Origin: Octopus sinensis
Taxonomy: Eukaryota
Length of the DNA: 64,000 nucleotides
Direction: 5' to 3'
Assembly: GCF_006345805.1 (NCBI RefSeq)
Contig: NC_042998.1
Span: 39,556,001-39,620,000 of the forward strand
In this document: positions 13,500 to 26,600 of the stretch, one piece after another
How positions within the stretch are numbered: position 1 is the first letter of the stretch
How the letters are laid out: every line of letters begins with the position of its first letter
Notes under the pieces: model-generated
Told to the model about the DNA's origin: nothing
Seen by the model: the letters and a program-made list of their open reading frames with translations, nothing else
Databases searched by the model: none
Made by a program: the position numbers and the translations under genes

Positions 13500-13545
13500 A
13501 GATTTGATTGGATGAAAACAAACACTTATTTCTATTGGTTCATTC
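13500..13545 (+). promoter_or_regulatory. Putative promoter with two reverse CCAAT (NF-Y-type) boxes
   Basis: ATTGG at 13507-13511 and 13534-13538, 27 bp apart; CpGs are retained around 13460-13870 while most of the window is CpG-depleted. Confidence 0.45.
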
Positions 13546-13559
13546 CATCTACTCATAAC

Positions 13560-13667
13560 GAATGTTCCTCTCTTCAGTTTCTGTTGATGTCTTCCTCTCA
13601 TCTTCTTGCCGGACTTTCATTTCTTTGCTAACATTCTCTTTTCCTTACACTTACTGCTCTTTTTCAG
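13560..13667 (+). other. Probable non-coding first exon (5' UTR); start position approximate
   Basis: Ends in TTTTCAG|GTAAGC at 13667/13668, just downstream of two ATTGG boxes, in a locally CpG-retaining region; the next exon (16516-16546) carries the ATG. Confidence 0.5.
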
Positions 13668-15246
13668 GTAAGCGTCCAGATTTATCGCATGCACTCATTT
13701 TTATTATTAACATCACTTGTCTATGTTTTTACACTGAACAATAATGTTATAACAGTAATGTTTTAATTATAGTCCAAACCAGAAATTATGTGACGAAGAA
13801 ATTTTAACATCGCCACTTGACCCTCATATTGTCGATTTTAACGATCGGATCCCTCCCTATTTCGAGAAATAATTGTTCTTTTTAAGTTCAAATTTACCTA
13901 GAACTGATATTTGCAAATATCTATTCGAATAAGATATTAGCTTTCTATTTTTTTTTAAAAACCAAATAGTGTTAAAAGTTTACAACGCATTTTGGTCCTT
14001 TGCAAAACAAGGATCTGCAAGATGTAGTACTTGCATCAGGGCCCTTCGAGAATTAGGATGGACTACTGCATCATTTATGATGGCTATGTGGCTAAAAAGC
14101 CAAATATTTTTAGTTGTCGTTTATCAACACTCTTACACATTGTTACAGTACTCGAATAGTTATTTTCGTTATTCCATGAAATTATGCTTTCAGTTTCTCA
14201 CCACTCACACACACACCTGTATGTGGAAGAAATGATGGGCCAAATGTGATGTGAACTCTTAAATGCAACTTAATATAGAAAAACTATCTTTAACGAGTAA
14301 TCTTCATATTTGTATATTTTTTTAATGAAATGTCTTCCAGAAGAATCAAAGTCGACGTCGGAAGAATTTAACAATTGGTCATTCAATCCAACTTTGAATT
14401 GATTATTATAACTTACCAGCAAAAACATTGTTTAATCACTTCTAAGTACTATTTATTAAAAATTTAGTTTAAAACCTTTTATTTCTGAAATATAAAGCCG
14501 AGTTAATATAGTTTTTCTTGTTTAAAGAGAATCCATTTTTGTCCCTGGAACAACACGTGTTTCACTTGAGAAGCAGTCCCCTACATATTTATTTTAGGCG
14601 TTCTAATAGAAAATTTCAACCATTTCTTATGGTCTTTATACTTATTTTCTCTTTAGTATTTTAGTCTAATCTACATTTCAATTTCTGTGGAATTGCAAGA
14701 ATAATCCTTAACTAATTGTCATATCGGCGGCGATCCTTCATAGTGGCCAAACTCAGTAGAATTAAATGCAGCTTTGTATTACTGACTAAGGAAATTAAAA
14801 AATTGATTTCAGTTATTGAAAACAATAGTTGGTAATCGGTACAACCACATTTTCACTAATCACACGGCTTTTATTATTTTGCTTGAAACATAGGAAAAAC
14901 ATCTTTAAAATTATTCTTGTTGAAAAAACATGGGTGTACATAACGAAGAAGGACGAAGGGTAAAGAATACACACACCCGGGGTTAAGGGCTTGCCGTGCC
15001 TATTCTTTACCTCCGCTCGAAGATGTATACCAAAACTTTAACCATTAGGATTTCATCCTGTTTGGGAAGAGGGGTCAGGATCTCGTCTAACAGTACTATC
15101 ACCTTCATACCCTTAGTTGGCTTCCTTAATGGGGGTTTGTTGTGGCAATGTTTTCGGACCATGTCTATTTTGTCCCTTCCATCTAGGATATATAGACATA
15201 CCTATTCATGTGCACCCCCCCCCCCGATCGATGTTGTTTCCCCATA

Positions 15247-15700
15247 ACTCAGAAAAATGAAATTTTCTAAAGATACACTTCAGATGTTGTAGATTCTGAT
15301 TATATTAGAATTGTGGGGGGAAAAAATTGTCTACATGTGGGAAGAGGAGTTTAGGAAAATTGACACAAGTTGGCTTTGTTTTCTCATAATTAAAACAAAA
15401 ATGGGTATTATTTAAAAAAATTTCTACAAATACTTTTCAGAGTGTGTAAATTACGATTATATCGGAATTTAATGTGAAAAGAAAAATAGTGAGCGCGCAC
15501 ATTTACATACTGACACACAACACAATCTTCCCAAATTTCAAGTTTCATTTTGTAGGTATGTGATGCGTGTCGTTATGTACGTAAGCGAGCCCACCAAATT
15601 CATTTTTTCATCTTAAATTCTGATTTAATCGTAATCTCCACACTCTGAAAGGTGTTTTAGATTAAAATTCTTTAGAAATTATCCATTTTTCTGAAAGTTA
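15247..15700. mobile_element. Palindromic MITE-like element
   Basis: 15430-15480 is the inverted complement of 15603-15655; 15247-15280 pairs with about 15660-15700. Confidence 0.5.
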
Positions 15701-15800
15701 AGGGTAAAGAGCCGTCTCGCGTGAGGTTTTCGAAAATGCTTACCTCACTTTTGTTGGTCGACACTTGTCCAAGTTAACTCCCCACCCAGTCGGATAACTA

Positions 15801-15846
<46 letters not shown>

Positions 15847-16535
15847 GTGAGAGAGAGAGAGAGGTTGTGTATACCCTGTGGTTATCAAGCTAACCAGAGA
15901 CTAAATAATGACAAACTTGGGAGTCTGTAGTCCTAATCACCATGATTTATTTTTTGAAAATCACACTGGTGCCCAGCTTCCTTAATTCTAATTTGGGGCA
16001 ATTGTTAACCCCAGTTTGCTGCATTTAGACATCCTATATGTTTGACAAGAATGTTTCCTGGACTCCATAAAGACCATTGTCTTGAATGGCTGTTTGCTGC
16101 TCTGCAAATGTATCAAAACTTGCCACAAGCTCCACTCATCTCTTGGCTACGTAGCTTAACTTGATCCTACCACTGCCGCATACACTGACAGCTTTTTCGG
16201 TTCCATTTGCAAGTAACTCTGTTATTCCTTACATTTGAAATTGATAAACAATTTTTATTTATTTTTAATAAATCAATGTCTTAACAAATTTTTTAAAAAA
16301 TCATCCTGAATTGAAGTGATTGGTAGTAAATAATTTTTAATGTTATTTTGTTGAAATTTCAATTTTGGTGAAGAACTTCAAAGCAAGAATTTTCTCCCTT
16401 TTTTTGTAATATTGGTTTAACAGTTTTAATCTGAAAAACATGGGGGTAGGTATAAAGTCTAGAAATTTTTTTCATTTATAAACTATAAAAATTTGTGATA
16501 ATTTTCTATTTTCAGGCAAAACGAAATTTTGAAAT

Positions 16536-16546
16536 ATGTCTAACAG
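16536..16546 (+). CDS. Coding exon 1 (MSN-R); whole exon 16516-16546
   Basis: TTTTCAG acceptor at 16515, AG|GTAAGA donor, phase 2. Confidence 0.75.
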
Positions 16547-19500
16547 GTAAGATTTTCAAATCTTTGCGAAAAAACAAACAAGGCAAAAAAACAAAACAAA
16601 AAAAACAGAACTTTATGGTTATTCTACTTGTTGGAGTTAGCAGCCAAATCTTCATATAATATTTGACCATTTTAAAAGAAAGCGCATATCAGATGGGCTA
16701 AACAAATGTATTGTTCTCTGAATATAGTTTTTAATGTGCATGAAACAGTTGCTCTTACCTTCAGTTGCAATCAATCTCTAGTTGTCCAGGATACCTTTCC
16801 AACTCCTACATAATGGAGGAGGTAACTTTTCTGCCAAGCTACATGTGATCACTTCCATATCACTTCCCATTCCCTCACAGCAATGGAGCTTAGAAAGATG
16901 TGAATTTTGCAAACTGTTTAGAAGAGCAGTAAAATCAGAACAAAAACTCTTTGCATTGGTTAACTTGTGCTGATTTCATGACAAAATACATTCATGTTAC
17001 TCTGTAAAATAGCAAGAGGAAAGGCATCCAGCCATCCATGACCTGCCAAATGGAAGTTAAAACCCATCCAGTCCACACCTTAAAATAAATGCAACACCAA
17101 AAACGAACAGTTTTCTTTGTTTATACATGTGCAAGATGTGGGTCCTGACAGCCTATCTAATCCACTGAGAAGTGGATGTAAAATGAAGTACCTTTGGATA
17201 TCATGTAAATATATCATCTGATTGTTGCAGAAATAATTCCAAGATTAGTGATAAATTCTTTTGATCTGAATTAACATGGAACTGTTTTTATGATGCCAAA
17301 GTCCTGTGATCCCAAACCACTCCGTTTAAAAATGTTAATATTGAAAAGTAAAATTGTCCATGACAATTTAAAAAATAGCACCGCATGACTGGTATCTGTG
17401 CTAGTGGAGCGCTAAGAGCACCATTTGAGTGTGCTCATTACCAGGGCTGCTGACTGGCTCCCGTGCCGGTGGCACATAAAAAGCACCATTCGAGCGAGAT
17501 CATTACCAGCGTCACCTTACTGGCACTTGTGCTGGTGGCACATGAAAAACAACATTCAAGTGAGGTCGTTGCCAGTACTGCTGGTCTGGCTCCTGTGCAT
17601 GAGCCATTTGAGTGTGGCTTTTGCCAGTACTGCCACACTGGCCCTTGTGCCGGTGGCATGTAAAAACACCCACTACATTCTTGGAGTGGTTGGCATTAGG
17701 AAGGGCATCTAGCTGTAGAAACTCTGCCAGATCAGATTGGAGCCTGATGCAGCCATCTGGCTCGCCAGTCCTCAGTCAAATCGTCCATAGAAAGTGGATG
17801 TTAAACGATGATAATGATGATTTGGACACAGTAACTCTACATCATCTTGCCAAATTTTGAATTTTCAAATATTCCTACAGCTTCATCATGAACAGTGTGT
17901 GAAAGCTAAGCTTTTTTTTATTTATATTTTCAAAAATCTTCATGGCAAAATGAGTTGAATGATGGAAAAAAGCACTTGAATTGTCTGTTATGTTTAAAGT
18001 TAAAATCCCATGGAGAATTGACTTTACATTTGGGGTTGGTTTTAGTCAACTATACTCATCTCGAAACATATGGAAGACCAGCAGTTGCCCATACATACCG
18101 TCCTCCCCTCTCCACACCACTGATGTTATCCAAAGGAAAGGCCAATGCATCTTGGAACCAGTGACCTTATATTAGAAATCCTTATTGAATCCAATATCAT
18201 TACTTGGTCAACTGTGCCAAATTCTTCAAGATGATAATGAGTCATGAAAACATGGGCTACCAGTATGGTGACTTGACTTGTTAGAAATAGTGAGATTCCC
18301 TCCATTTATACACTTTGCTAGCTTTTAAAAAGGAAGGAGATTTTGGACAATGTCTTAGATCCACTAAAAGACAGGATGATTCTATCTACTGTTCCTCTGA
18401 AGTCTGCTTGTTCATGTCCTATTTGTGTAAATATTATTCATTCTATGATTTAATATAAATAGGGGAAGGGGTAAATTTTGTTGTTCAGTAAGTAACGAGG
18501 AAGGGGCAGTGCTCATGCCCTTTGTAGGCCCCCCCCCCCACACTGATTAGATTAATGCTTAATGTTTAATTACTGAGATTGTTCCCTGTTGATGACTACA
18601 TGGAGGAAGTTCAAGTTCCAGGAATGGAGGACTGGTGTGAAGTGGTTAAGGTGGGATATGTGATGGGAAGACCTGATGCGAACAAGCCAAGTGTATCTGA
18701 ATTGAGGTGGCACAATCCAATAATCTGTGAGGGTCAGGAGCTATAAGCCATAGAAAAGTTAGAAGATAGAATCTCTAGACTGGAATGTAGAGTATAGTTG
18801 TGATTTTATACCTGTCTATCAAATCCTTTTTGTCTGGATATGGAATTATTATAATCATCATTTAATGTCCGTCTTCCATACTAGCACAAGTTGGATGATT
18901 TGACAGGAGTCGGAAAGCCAGAGGACTGCGCCAAGCTCCACTGTCTACTTTGGCATGGTTTTTTACAGTTGGGTACCCTTCCTAAAACTAACTGCTTTAC
19001 AGAATGGAATATGTTACCATATTGCCCAGTATATTCTTCCCAAATTAAAGACAGTAAGATGTGATTTGAGAGATTTGGCTACTATTTCCAGCAGGTTGAA
19101 TGACTTTGTAGAAGCTCCCTTGTTTAACAGCAAATCAGCTGACATCCTTTGCAACTTTCTGTCTGTCAAAACATTCTCTTTGTTGAGTTAGGTGGTTGAT
19201 ATGAGGCAGTGTGAGTAGGGTGTGGTAGGTTGTGAAAGGAAGAGCTTTAGTTACATATATATTATTACTTACATTAGCATCATTATAACAAAGATGTGTG
19301 TGGTTTCATGACACCAAAATTGCAACCATTGAATGGGACCTGAAACTAGGAATTCATATTATGAAAAACTCTAGCTCTGCATTTCACTCAGTTAATTGTA
19401 AACCTCTACCAAACTTACTGTGAAGTAGAAGTGCCAACTTGTTCAGTGCATCAAGCATTTGAGATCAGCAATGTTTAGGTGTCTTGCTTGCAGCCACATC

Positions 19501-20574
19501 AGCTGTAATAAGGCTCCTGATCATATCAGTTGTTTAGCATCTTGATTTTAGCTATTGTTCCCATTGTAATGTTCGGGTTGTTTGTTTTCTAGAGCCTCCT
19601 TTGATGTAAATGATTGGAATCCTTTAAAAGAAGCTTACAATAATACAGAGTTCAATAGTTATGACTGCGGACCAGGCAAATATCTTACTATGGGTGAAAG
19701 GTAAATTTCTTTTTCCTTTATTGATATCTGGAAATTTTCAAGGAAATTGTGTGGTATTTAAGGTGCTAGACTGCTGTTGCTGTAATCTGTTCAAATTTCA
19801 TCCAGCCATTGTTTTCTTCCAGGTCATCATCTGCTGGTTATGTCACTTAGTCTCCTCAAATATTCTTAATCTTCAATAAATTGAGCCAATGAAGGAATTT
19901 ATTTGCTTGCCTAACTAGAAATAGCAACTAGATCTCCCATAGATCACACCCTAACCCTATCTTTAAAAAGTCTATGATTTATTTCTAGATGATAGGCCAT
20001 TTGTTACCAGCAAAGGTAGGAGCTCTCTGAACTTTGCCCAGCTTATTTCTATTTTCACAACTATGCTCTTGTAGCCAAGTAATAGAAACTATCAACTACT
20101 TCTAGTTTTCACCCTTGGCATCTGATGGAATCTATTTTCTGTACATTTTTAGTGTTAATTATACCTGTGCATCTGCCACACACAACTATTTTCCCAGTTA
20201 ACCTTCCTCTGATATTGTTGCACCTCTTATGTGTCCATAGCTTACACCGGGTACATCTTATGGAGTTTCTACCTGTCTCTTCTACAGATCAAGCAGGGCC
20301 ATCTATCTGAACGTATTTGTGATTTGTCTGCTTTTCTTATGAGTAGAACTTTGGTTTTTGCTAGGTTAACTTTAAAGTCGTTTGATTCTAGACCTTGCAT
20401 CCACACCTGAAACTTCTCTAGTTCTGTCCCAGAACTAGAGAAGACTAGAACTAGAACAAGCTGCTTTTAGTTTCCTACTAAATCCGCTTCCAAGGTTAGT
20501 GGAACCGAATCCAAAGTCATTTGGTTGGGAAGCAAACTTTGCTTCTCTCTTTCTCTCTCATATGTGAGTGTGTG

Positions 20575-20634
<60 letters not shown>

Positions 20635-23600
20635 CACTCTTTCAGTTTTTGCCAACTAAATCCATTCTTGTGGTTTTGGTTGGCCCAAGGCCATAGTTGG
20701 AGACAGTTCACCAACTGTCCAAGGTTATATGCAGTGTGACTGAATCTGAAACTATAAGATTAACTACACAGCTATGTCTGAGTCTATTATATTTAGAAGC
20801 TTGCTCTGTGTGTGTGTGTGTATGTGTGTGTTTCCTTGTGTCTCCTTGTCTTGTCATGTGATTGTTGTAAACGAGTGTCCCTGTGACATTTGTTTCCAAC
20901 CTTCTGTGAATACATGTCCAGCCATAGGGAAATATTTTCTTGAGCGTTATCAACAAGAAAGGCATCCAGTCATCCACAAAAATGCTTCATTGAATTCCAT
21001 TTGACTCATCCTAATAATAATAGGAGCACTCCATTGGTTGTGACGACAAGCTGATGCGATCAAAGGAACAGCTTGTTTGTGAAATTAACGTGCAAGTGGC
21101 TGAGCACTCCACAAACACGTGTACCCTTAACGTAGTTCTCGGGGAGATTCAGCATGACACAGAATGCAACAAGGCTTGCCCTCCTTTGAATTACAGGTAC
21201 TACTCATTTTCGCCAGCTGAGTGGACTGGGGCATCGTGAAAATAAAGTGTCTTGCTCAAGGACACAACATGCTGCCAGGAATCGAACTCACGACCTTACG
21301 ATTATGAGTTGAATGCCTGAGGCTAGGTTGGAAGAAAGGAGCCAGTCAGGATCTTTTGGACTTGCAGTGTCAATTGCAACACTAATCTCTAAGAGGAAAA
21401 AAGTTCATGAGAAAAGTTAGCTGATGTGTGCAAGAGATCATTGTCTGGGTTGGGCAAGACAAAAGCCTAATGCCCTTGTTGCCAACCTTTGCTTTTCAAC
21501 CAAGGTAAATTTTGTTCCACTGGTATTCAGCTTGAAACTGCCAAGCTGCAGCATTCTTTCTGTGATGTAAAGGAACTTACTGCTGCTCAGAGGTTATGGC
21601 AAGACACACATACACTGTAGGCTGACATACTGTTTCTGTTCTATTAAATTTGATTCACTAAGCTTTTGCCAGTTACCTTTATGAAAATGGAGTTAATGTT
21701 GATGGGTTTCTGAAGTAAAGACGGGTCACTGGAAATCAAAAGAACTGCTTAAAAATACATTGGAATTGTCTAAAGAAAGAGACAAAATAATGAAGCAATT
21801 GATGTGATTCTGTAGCTTTTGCAAATCTGTTGAAATTGTTGCATCAAGGAAAAACAAGGGATCGGATGCCTGAACTAGTTGACTTTCTAAGACTCAAATC
21901 CTTTCCTATGTTAAATCATGTGATGGATGAAAAGCTGGCAAACAGGGATCACTTTGCTTTTAATCGACTCTTTTAGAATTTTTAATATAAATTTATGGAC
22001 TGCTATGTATTGTCATCATCATTATATGTATGCATTTTATAATCTTTTCATATTTTTTTTGTTCTTTGTAGAAAACCTGAATTTGTTGATATTTTTGTAA
22101 GGAATATGCCTCGAAAGTTTACAGAGGTGAGTGGTTTTCTCTGTGAGGATCAGTAAATTTATACTGCCAGAAATGGCAGCTATTTCAACTTGGGTTCTTC
22201 TGTTAGAGACTTTTGCATCCTGGGATTGAGCTGCAGAGATAAAGGTGGTGAGATGTAAATATGTCCTCAAAGTAGGAGTCTAGAAAAGTGAGTGGGTGGA
22301 TTGAAGTTGTAAGGGTGCATGAGGAAAATGAGTGATAATTAGAGATGGGAGTCGGGTGGATAGAGTGAAGAATGACCTCCAGATGTTGCATCTCACAGAA
22401 ATTATGACAAAACAACTGAGATGGTGATTTGTTGTGCACAAGTAAACCTTTCCATTTCAGCAAAATCTAGGTCCTGAAAGTATATCTAGAGTCTGCACAC
22501 CCAATCTGTATCTGTCAAGCCATCCCAGCAAGTCCCCTTCCTAACACACCCATCCTTCTAACTATTGTACTATTTTCTCAGCAGAACTTCATATATTCCT
22601 TCCTTTTTTTGTGCTATGAGTAATCTCACATCTTGAACCCCCTCCCCTTGCCATCCGTCATGCTTCCCCATCATTCCTCAGCATCATGTGTCCACTGGAT
22701 GCTTGTTTTCCCAGAACATCTTCTCTGCTGTCAATGCTACTTGTTTGAACTCTACACTTCATCTCTGTCTTTGTCACTCTGCATCTTCTGTTTCTTCTAC
22801 ATTTCACCCCCCCCCTCTACCTTCTTACTCAGCCTTCCTCAATTTTCTGCCCCTATTCTCTCTCCACTTTCTTCTATCTTGAGGGCATGTGCCCTGATAC
22901 TTCATCTCCACCCTCTTTTCTCCTTTTCATGTTGGCCTATCCATACGTCTCCTCTACAGCCAATCACCTGCTCCTGTTTTCTATACTTTGCACAAAGCCA
23001 CTTTCTTCAATACTGCACCCCAACTCTGTAAAAGAGTCTTGTCTTGTGAGTTACTTGGTGGCCCCACTAGTGTTTATGCTGTGAAGAAAAGTACTTGGTG
23101 TTTAGAAGGTCAAGCCACAGAAATCTTGCTAAAGCAGACACTAGAGACCAACATGGGCCTTGAACCATTTGTTAATGACTCTGTTAATAAATTCTCTTTA
23201 CAAACTGCATGGTTTTGGGTTCAGTCCTGCTGCATGGTACCTTGTGCAAGTGTCTTCTACTATGGCCTTGGCTGATCAAAGCCTTGTGAGTGGATTTGGT
23301 AGATGGAAACTGAAAGAAGCCCAATGTGTGTGTTTGAGAGTATTTTGTGTTGGTATCCTGTCGATTGAGAGTGCCATCATAATGGGAATGGTACCAAATA
23401 TATTTAAGAGTCTTTGAAAACGTATCCAGACAAGTGGAAATACTACCTTGGAAACAGGTGAGGAAGGGCATTCAGCAGGGTTAAACCTGACTTGACAAGG
23501 TGTCTAACCCATTGCAAGCATGATGCTTAATGTACACATGAATGGTTAGTGTTAGGATGGGCAGCCAGATGTAAAAACCATGCCAAAGTAGACAGTGAAG

Positions 23601-26600
23601 CTTGGCACAGTCCTCTGCTACCAGCTCCTGTCAAACCATGCTAGCATGGAAGATGGACATCATTTAACGTCCACTCTCTATGCTGGCATAGGTTGGACAG
23701 TTTGACACGGAGCTGGTTAGCATAGCTGTCTTGTTGTAGCATGGTTTCTACAGCTGGATGCCCTTCCTCATACCAATGACTTACCATATATATTAAGTGA
23801 ATATTACTCTTACCAACATATTCATCATCATCATCATTTTACAACTGTTTTCAGTGTGATATTGAATGTGGTTTGACTGGATTCAATGTGTCAGAGGACC
23901 GTGTCTGCTTCCATTGTCTCATTTTTGATAGGATTTCTGTGGCTGAATGCCCTTCCTAATGCTAATCATTTACAGATTATACTAGGTGCTTCTTTTGGAG
24001 CACCATCATTCTGGGGTTCACCTTTATACATTTTAAACTATGCCTGTGTGTATTTGTCTGTGTTCCATCCCTTCATCTTGAGTGATGTTTTGAATATAAG
24101 AATGGTAGTCTTAATACACCAACTCATTTGTCCTATAGATTAACTAAAATATTCAGATAATGCTGTATGTTATGGATTTCTACATTTTTTTCTTCCCTTC
24201 TTTTACAGGATGGCTTACGAGCACTATTTTCTAAGGCTGGCTATGTACACAGGGTAAAAATATGTCCTGGTAAAAATGGCAAGCCTCCTTATGGGTAGGT
24301 TTATAAATTATTTTATTTTAATGAATGATGTTATTTATGAATTGTCATCCTCGTTGGCAGATTTCTTGGAAATCTACTTTATTGACTGTTCCTTAATCTG
24401 TCAGGATGTTGGAAAAGGTTTACCAATTGATTTTCCCATTAACCCTTTTGGCACCAACCCTCCTGGCACTTCTATTAATCCTATCATATGATATTAAAGT
24501 GATCTAAATTAAGATTTGCCATCAAAACTTCAACATAATGATTATTTTAGTTAATTAAAACCAAAGGCAATGCATTTCAATAGAAATATAACAAAAGTGT
24601 TCTTGGAAGTTGTCTATATGCAGTCACTTCAAGAATACGTTTGGTGAGCTAGTAGTCTAAAAGATTGCAGTTTCAATGTCGTTAGTTATGCTTCCCACAT
24701 TGTAATCTGATGAAGTATACTCTTTTAATCAGATTCTATGTCTATAGAAGTTCAAATTTATCAGTACTGTAGATGGATGGTTTTACCTTATAGAAATGTC
24801 TTTCAGCTTCCTTAACCCCTTTCTCCAGATTCTCTTCAAGTTCATTTCCACCTTATACTGAGGTAATTGTGTGTCTGTTCAGTAGGAAAGAACCCATTGG
24901 TGTTTTTGCTGTTTTTTCAAGTGGATATGTAGTCTCTAGCTTGCATGTTTGCCTGATTAGTACTGGTTGAGGTGAAAGTAATCAGTAGAATCCCTTGAAA
25001 CTAGGCTAGTACTAGCTGAAGCTACTAAATGTACTATAATTACAATAAGAATTTCCTGATATTGAAATGCATTCCTCAAATGGTGTCCTAAATGAATACA
25101 AAGTGTTTCTTAACTTCATTTAGCATTACATTTGGGGTGAATGAGTAATATGTCGACTTTGTTTATGCATTTTGTCCTACTGAAACCCTATATTAAATTC
25201 TTTTAGAGTTCTTTTCCTGCAGATGTTCCATAAACTGTACCAGTCTGACTACAACACATACAGACATCTTTTCTTTCAACTAAATATTTTTTCACTGGTT
25301 TTAGTCAAAATTTAAGAATGGAAAACAAAATGAACCTGGGAAGGATTCACACCTATCACCATGAGAGATAGATAAACGCCACAAGCTTCTACATTTAGAG
25401 AATTTCCAAGGAAGCATGGTCAAGTAGGCTCTTATGATGATGACATGGCAGTGCATGCTAACAAAACATCATATACCTTTCTGTTGCTGATTAGGGTAGT
25501 GAATTATAGCCCCTACATGATATCTTCATATAGATAAGCTACTTTTCTCTGTCCCTTCTATACTTTTAATCTTCCAACTGGCACAAAGCCCCTCAGTACT
25601 ACTCTCCACTCCCAGTTTAGAGGTTTTGTCTTGCAAGGTGCTCGGTGACCCTGTTGTTACTGATGCCATGTAAAAAGCATCCAGTACACTCTGGTTGGCA
25701 TTAGGAAGGGCATCCAGCTGTAGAAACCATGTCAGACCAGATAATGGAACCTGATATGTCAAACCATCCTACCCATGCCAGCATGAAAAACGGATGTAAA
25801 ATGATGATGATGATCGTGACTAGATGATTTCAGAGTTGTATATAACACTGTGAGATTGTTGTAATTTGAACTGGAAGTCCCGACATTGTCTGTTTAGATG
25901 AGATGCAACTGTTAAGGCATTTGTAGCAAGCATGTCTACCCGGCTATTCAGTTTTAAATTATATCAAATGGGCATATTTTGGCATTGTCAACATTTGATC
26001 ATGTGAATAGGGTTGAAGTAAATCTGTTGCAAAGATCGGATGGTCTTAACTAGCCAATCGGTTATTTGAGCAACAGTTTTTATCCCAGCACAGAAAACTC
26101 TCTTCCTGCCCAGCAATCATTATATATAATGTCCCTCACACATTAGAAGAGGAGAAGGAGAGAGAGAGACAAGATCACAGCAACCAAGCAGATATCTTCC
26201 TGTTCATTTCTGTTGCTGATTCTGCCCAGCACACAAAACTAAGTCATGAACATGCTACAGAATTTCAACTATGACACAACTTCCACTGTTCCAGATATAG
26301 TTAGTTAAAATTACCAAACCAGTTACTTTGCAATATGTAAGACATTTGCCATGTTTGTTTACAACAGGTTGTATAATGGTGAGCTGGCAGAAATGTTAAC
26401 GCACCAGGCAAAATGCTTAGCAGTACTTTGTCTGTCTTTATGTTAGTTCAAATTCCGCTGTGGTCGGCTTTGCTTTTCATCCTTTCAGGGTTGATAAATT
26501 AAGTACCAGTTGAGTCCTGGGGGTCGATCTAATTGACTGGCTCCCTCCCCTAAATTTCGAGCCTTATACCTAGAGCAGAAAAGGATATGTAAGACATTTG

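Noticed and set aside
22150-22460. Penelope-like remnants (also about 12500-12900 and 61020-61400)
   Set aside because: Only faint resemblance by eye; too decayed to call without a profile search
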